Shown piece after piece: positions 23,989-24,000 of a stretch of 24,000 nt of DNA. Position 1 is the stretch's first letter, and each line of letters begins with the position of its first letter. The stretch is from contig NZ_JAELVS010000003.1 of assembly GCF_016427555.1 (NCBI RefSeq), forward strand, positions 64,550 through 88,549. Direction: 5' to 3'. The notes under the pieces were generated by a model. The model was not told the origin of the DNA and did no database searches. It saw only the letters and a program-made list of their open reading frames with translations. The translations under genes and the position numbers were made by a program. Origin of the DNA: Marinobacter litoralis (GTDB taxonomy: Bacteria; Pseudomonadota; Gammaproteobacteria; Pseudomonadales; Oleiphilaceae).

Positions 23989-24000
23989 GGTCACCTCCAC

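Overview
Mostly minus-strand coding window that looks like an accessory or mobile region of a proteobacterial genome (the taxon is an inference).

Left part, 1-7.1 kb:
- the 3' end of an unidentified gene and a small membrane protein
- a roughly 460-bp nested iteron-like repeat array (743-1206)
- an ADP-ribosylglycohydrolase preceded by a perfect (GGCTT)x11 microsatellite
- a small outer-membrane beta-barrel protein and a MarR-like regulator
- a 975-aa helicase IV/UvrD-type helicase with two C-terminal topoisomerase-type zinc ribbons

Middle, 7.1-9.5 kb:
- about 1.1 kb with no convincing gene, but a near-consensus sigma70 promoter, clustered palindromes and hairpins
- a tyrosine-recombinase-like gene with an overlapping small basic ORF

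Right part, 9.55-23.99 kb: an uninterrupted co-directional minus-strand array of eight genes with several stop/start overlaps. It reads as a composite defence island.
- Module 1 is a wHTH protein with a C-terminal R-x4-H (HEPN-like) motif, a McrB-like NTPase carrying a roughly 350-aa coiled coil, and a McrC-like protein with a zinc ribbon. This is CoCoNuT-like.
- A GIY-YIG/DUF4357 nuclease lies between the modules.
- Module 2 is an unrecognised 481-aa protein, a two-HKD PLD nuclease and a 1218-aa SNF2 helicase, followed by a 206-aa Cys-motif protein.
- No methyltransferase is visible in the window.

The best candidates for an undescribed system are the first gene of module 1 and the 481-aa/PLD/SNF2 triad, or the two modules acting as one unit. 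All homology calls rest on motifs read by eye; no database search was possible.
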